A DNA stretch of 9,923 nt from Candidatus Nanopusillus sp. (GTDB lineage Archaea; Nanobdellota; Nanobdellia; Nanobdellales; Nanobdellaceae): positions 1 through 9,923 of the forward strand of contig JBMSAQ010000039.1 of the NCBI GenBank assembly GCA_049414405.1. The letters are read 5' to 3'. Under the pieces are notes generated by a model. That model did no database searches, was not told the origin of the DNA, and saw only the letters and a list, made by a program, of their open reading frames with translations. A program made the position numbers and the translations under genes. Numbering within the stretch: the stretch's first letter is position 1; each line of letters starts with the position of its first letter. Shown here piece by piece: positions 6,976 through 9,923 of this stretch.

Positions 6976-7842
6976 CTATGTTTCAAATGGACTAATTGAT
7001 TTTAATAATATGATAAACATAACAGTACCCATAGGTAATATTAATAGTATACTCATTAGCTGAATAAATTTTATATATTGAAAGTCCGTTCCAGAGATAG
7101 ACCCCATTAAAGTAGTTAATATAATTACAAATATGACCCCAACAATTATTAGTGTTATATATATTTCTAAAAATATTTGCATATTATTTGAATATTCTAT
7201 TATCTTTCTTTTATATTCTTCAAACAATTTAGAAGCTTCATTATATAAATATTCTTCAATATTTCCACCTTCAACTATTATAGATCGCATACCATTTAAT
7301 ATTGAGGCCCATTTTTTTGATGGGGAATATTCAGCTTTTCTCTCTAATGCTACTGGTAATGATAATCCTACCGTATCTATTAAATATATTATTTCAGATG
7401 CTTCTTTTTTTATTTCCGAAAATTCACCATATTTTGATAATAATTCGAATAATGCTTTTGGAGTAGCACCAGAAGAAACCAAAGATGCCATATACAATAT
7501 AGCATAATATAGAGAATTATCTATTTTTCTAGCTCTATTTTGTTTTTCTATTGAAGGATATTTCTTAAATAATAATAGAGATCCAAAGAATCCCAAAATA
7601 CCGGCAAGTATTCCAAATATTATCGGAAAAACTGGATTAAAAGAATTATTTACTTTTATATTATATATTAAAAGGGAAAAGAATGTTAGTATTGATAATG
7701 ATATAGATATTCCTATGGAGTATATTGTAGCTTTATATATATAACTAGAAGGACTTTCTTTAGAATTAATTATTAATAAATCTTTTTCTATACCACTAAA
7801 GAATTGATCAAATATACTGACCATATATTTAAATATTAACAT
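6976..7842 (-). CDS. type IV filament platform protein, single T2SSF domain (resembles the N-terminal half of archaeal FlaJ/PilC/TadC-like proteins)
   Basis: The 288-aa protein has two TM helices, then a cytoplasmic domain RKIDNSLYYAILYMASLVSSGATPKALFELLSKYGEFSEIKKEASEIIYLIDTVGLSLPVALERKAEYSPSKKWASILNGMRSIIVEGGNIEEYL, then two more TM helices. That domain matches the T2SSF pattern (LP..l.ym..l..aG..p..a.......G.d...AL......pS......G.......GG......L). The start may instead be Met7 (ATG at 7824..7822, MVSIFDQFF); see the promoter feature. Confidence 0.75.
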   Translation of the reverse strand: MLIFKYMVSIFDQFFSGIEKDLLIINSKESPSSYIYKATIYSIGISISLSILTFFSLLIYNIKVNNSFNPVFPIIFGILAGILGFFGSLLLFKKYPSIEKQNRARKIDNSLYYAILYMASLVSSGATPKALFELLSKYGEFSEIKKEASEIIYLIDTVGLSLPVALERKAEYSPSKKWASILNGMRSIIVEGGNIEEYLYNEASKLFEEYKRKIIEYSNNMQIFLEIYITLIIVGVIFVIILTTLMGSISGTDFQYIKFIQLMSILLILPMGTVMFIILLKSISPFET

Positions 7843-7859
7843 CTAAAATTAAAAGTATA
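7825..7859. promoter_or_regulatory. compact bidirectional promoter between the two T2SSF genes with two crossed TATA-like boxes
   Basis: TTTAAATA at 7828..7835 is centred about 28 nt upstream of the plus-strand ATG (7860). TTTTAATTTT on the minus strand (7854..7845) is centred about 25 nt upstream of the alternative minus-strand ATG at 7824. The annotated starts (7842 and 7860) are only 17 bp apart, which leaves no room for a BRE/TATA promoter for either gene. Confidence 0.35.
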
Positions 7860-9116
7860 ATGATAGCCAATAAATATAATAGGAGAATAAATCAAAAAGG
7901 ATTTATTGAAAGATTTATAGATCAATTTTTCAATATAAGAGATCCATTACACTATAAGGAAATAAATGTTTTTGGTTCATATATTAAGGAAGATAAGTTT
8001 GTATTGTATATATCTATCCTATTTGCAGCAATTATTGGAATATTTGGATTAATATTTAAATTACATGAAAATTACATAACATTTTCAATTTTGATATTGG
8101 TTATATATTTTGTAGGAGGAGTTCCATATTTATTTTATAAGTATATTGAAAGTAAAATATATGAAAATATATATAATAATTATACATACTTTTTATCTTA
8201 TTTATCTGAAAGTTTAGCATCCGGAATGACATTATTAGATGCTTTATCATATTTATCATCAGTAGATTTGGGATATTTATCCATTTTAGTTAAAAGGTTG
8301 TATAATTGGATTGCTTGGGGTATGCCATTTGAAAAGGCGTTTACATTATTTAATATGTACTTTGAAGATCTTCCAAATATAAAAATGATTAATTATGTAA
8401 TACTAGAAACATATAAAGGTGGAGGAGATATTTCAAAAGTTTTAAAAAAATTATATAATGATTTAGAGTCTATAAAAGAATTAGATAGGCTAAAGAAGGC
8501 ATATATATCACAACAAATTTTGGTTTTATATGCTATATTTGTTATATTTATAGGATTATCTATTTCTATATTAAATACAATTAAACCATTGATAGCAAGC
8601 CAAATTTCAGCAGCTACTGTTCAAACATCTTTTAATTTCTTTTCTTCTTCAATAGATTATCCTTGGTTAAAATTTATTACAGCCTTATCAATAATTTTAG
8701 TAGGAATTTCATCATCAATTGTAATGGGTATTGCTGAAAGCGGAAAAATAAGATCATCGGTAAAGCATTTAGCAATAAATAATTTAATAGGATTATTGTC
8801 TATAATAATATTTGTTTTGCCATCTTTTGTATCATTTAATTTACAGGTGTTCCCAACAAATGCTTATATATATACCCCAATAAATATACAAGTGTATGGA
8901 TATATTGATGCACAACCAATAACAAATGCTCCATTGGCGATATATGTAATAAATTCAACTGGAGATTATGTTTATCAAAATTTTCAAATATTACAGAATG
9001 GATACTATTCCCAGTCTATTATATTGAATAATACTGGTACGTATATTATAGAAGCCATATTGGATTATAATGGTAAAAAATACATACAAAAGCAGAGCAT
9101 TAATGTAATAATATGA
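7860..9116 (+). CDS. type IV filament platform protein, single T2SSF domain (resembles the C-terminal half of FlaJ/PilC/TadC-like proteins) fused to a C-terminal beta-sandwich-like domain
   Basis: The 418-aa protein has two TM helices, then YTYFLSYLSESLASGMTLLDALSYLSS...WGMPFEKAF...YKGGGDISKVLKKLYNDLE, which is a T2SSF pattern and visibly paralogous to the divergent gene. Three further TM helices follow, including the FlaJ-like GIAESGKIRSSVKH segment. Residues ~326-418 are non-hydrophobic with alternating beta-strand-like periodicity. Confidence 0.75.
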   Translation: MIANKYNRRINQKGFIERFIDQFFNIRDPLHYKEINVFGSYIKEDKFVLYISILFAAIIGIFGLIFKLHENYITFSILILVIYFVGGVPYLFYKYIESKIYENIYNNYTYFLSYLSESLASGMTLLDALSYLSSVDLGYLSILVKRLYNWIAWGMPFEKAFTLFNMYFEDLPNIKMINYVILETYKGGGDISKVLKKLYNDLESIKELDRLKKAYISQQILVLYAIFVIFIGLSISILNTIKPLIASQISAATVQTSFNFFSSSIDYPWLKFITALSIILVGISSSIVMGIAESGKIRSSVKHLAINNLIGLLSIIIFVLPSFVSFNLQVFPTNAYIYTPINIQVYGYIDAQPITNAPLAIYVINSTGDYVYQNFQILQNGYYSQSIILNNTGTYIIEAILDYNGKKYIQKQSINVII

Positions 9117-9799
9117 AGTCTCAAAGTTGGATTGAAGTATTAATTACACTTGCTGTATTTTTATACATTATAATTTATATTTATCAGAGTATAGTTAGTG
9201 GAGTAGCACAGTATTCATCCGGATTGTATAAAATGTCAGAATATCAAAAATTATATATTAGTTCATTTTATTTTTCTCAATTCCATGATCCATGGCAAAT
9301 ATATAATTATTTAAATTTTTCTTTTTCATATTATTATGTTCCAAAAGTTATATTTTTGTCTACAAATTCGCATATTTGTAACAATTGCATAGAATTTTTC
9401 TATAATACTAGTTCAAATGCTATAGGAATAATACAGAGATCTTATGTGAATGTATCATCAGTTTTGCAAGTTTACATATATGGATCAACACAGAATATTA
9501 GTATAATAAATAACTCAGCATATTATAATTGTTATGATCATCTAAGTTCATCTTTTTTTGCAGTATATACAAGAACTTATCTATATTGTAATTTTAATTT
9601 AATTGGAAATTCTAGTATTTACATAAATACAAATGAAAAATTTTTAATTATAAATAATTATAATACTGTACTATACTTATATAATGGAGATAAGATTGTA
9701 GGTCTTCCAAATATATTAATGAACGTTTATCCAACAGTACATTTAAATTATTTCCAATATTTTAATGGATCTATAAATTATATATTTTTATATGGATAA
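9113..9799 (+). CDS. putative type IV pilin-like / class III signal peptide protein, sequon-rich
   Basis: The 228-aa ORF's ATG overlaps the upstream TGA (ATGA at 9113..9116). The N-terminus MKS|[21 protein letters not shown] fits a prepilin-peptidase site, with K at -2, a small residue at -1, Q at +1 and E at +5, followed by a ~20-residue hydrophobic helix. The rest carries 7 N-x-S/T sequons (N68, N98, N113, N128, N133, N166, N218) and 4 Cys, including CNNC. The CDS call is fairly safe. The pilin assignment rests on motif and context only. Confidence 0.5.
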   Translation: MKSQSWIEVLITLAVFLYIIIYIYQSIVSGVAQYSSGLYKMSEYQKLYISSFYFSQFHDPWQIYNYLNFSFSYYYVPKVIFLSTNSHICNNCIEFFYNTSSNAIGIIQRSYVNVSSVLQVYIYGSTQNISIINNSAYYNCYDHLSSSFFAVYTRTYLYCNFNLIGNSSIYINTNEKFLIINNYNTVLYLYNGDKIVGLPNILMNVYPTVHLNYFQYFNGSINYIFLYG

Positions 9800-9806
9800 T
9801 GAAAAA

Positions 9807-9816
9807 TTTATATAAA
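9807..9816 (+). promoter_or_regulatory. candidate TATA box for the tRNA-Lys gene
   Basis: ATTTATATAA lies about 28-37 nt upstream of the mature tRNA 5' end (9844). This fits an archaeal TATA with a short leader. The region is entirely A/T, so specificity is low. Confidence 0.3.
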
Positions 9817-9843
9817 AATCATAAATATAAATTAAATATTGCT

Positions 9844-9917
9844 GGGCCCGTAGCTTAGTCTGGTAAAGCGTCGGGCTTTTAACCCGAAGATCGGGGGTTC
9901 GAATCCCCCCGGGCCCG
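9844..9917 (+). tRNA. tRNA-Lys: tRNA-Lys (anticodon UUU), 74 nt, no intron, CCA not encoded
   Basis: Cloverleaf folded by hand. Acceptor GGGCCCG (9844..9850) pairs with CGGGCCC (9910..9916). D stem GCTT pairs with AAGC, with loop AGTCTGGTA. Anticodon stem TCGGG pairs with CCCGA, with loop CTTTTAA (anticodon TTT at 9878..9880, preceded by T33 and followed by A37). The variable loop is AGATC. T stem GGGGG pairs with CCCCC, with loop TTCGAAT. The discriminator is G9917, followed by GGT, not CCA. Confidence 0.93.
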
Positions 9918-9923
9918 GGTTCG

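Noticed and set aside
7133-7507. 124-aa plus-strand ORF from the track
   Set aside because: It is antisense inside the T2SSF-domain CDS. It has no recognisable features and is a shadow ORF.
9905-9923. GC-rich trailer after the tRNA (CCCGGGTTCG) that echoes the T-arm sequence GGGGGTTCGAATCCCC, possibly a second tRNA, a split-tRNA element or an integration att site
   Set aside because: Only 6 nt lie beyond the discriminator base before the window ends. The echo is largely explained by the acceptor 3' strand itself. It cannot be evaluated without downstream sequence.
1-9923. Sequon (N-x-S/T) enrichment in the surface proteins as independent evidence of glycosylation; also a scan for CRISPR arrays, IS elements, integrases and long inverted repeats
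   Set aside because: Asn, Ser and Thr codons are favoured by the AT bias, and cytoplasmic and TM proteins here also contain many sequons. Raw counts are therefore not evidence without a composition-corrected test. No regularly spaced repeats, transposase-like ORFs or terminal inverted repeats were seen.

Overview
This is an extremely AT-rich archaeal window (by eye about three quarters A+T) with almost no intergenic DNA. The proteins are rich in Ile, Asn, Tyr and Lys. The single tRNA is GC-rich (47 of 74 nt) and has all-G:C acceptor and T stems. Together these suggest a genome-reduced, probably thermophilic DPANN or Nanoarchaeota-like archaeon, but that is an inference and not an identification. 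On the minus strand (1..5218) an N-glycosylation operon has overlapping junctions. It contains a very large STT3-type oligosaccharyltransferase (AglB, 1192 aa), a eukaryote/archaeal-type GlcNAc-1-phosphate transferase (AglH-like), and a third ORF that runs off the left edge and is missing from the supplied track. A 53-bp divergent spacer leads into the conserved rps28e-rpl24e-ndk cluster. The 59-aa rpl24e is also missing from the track and was found by manual translation. An orphan membrane-anchored protein follows. The right half is the most interesting part. Two head-to-head genes each encode a single T2SSF (FlaJ/PilC/TadC-type) platform domain, which looks like a split type IV filament platform protein. 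The second gene carries a predicted extracellular beta-sandwich at its C-terminus. It is translationally coupled to a sequon-rich protein with a pilin-like class III signal peptide. The window ends with tRNA-Lys(UUU). I saw no CRISPR array, transposase, integrase or rRNA. All functional calls rest on motif recognition by eye, and no database search was possible.
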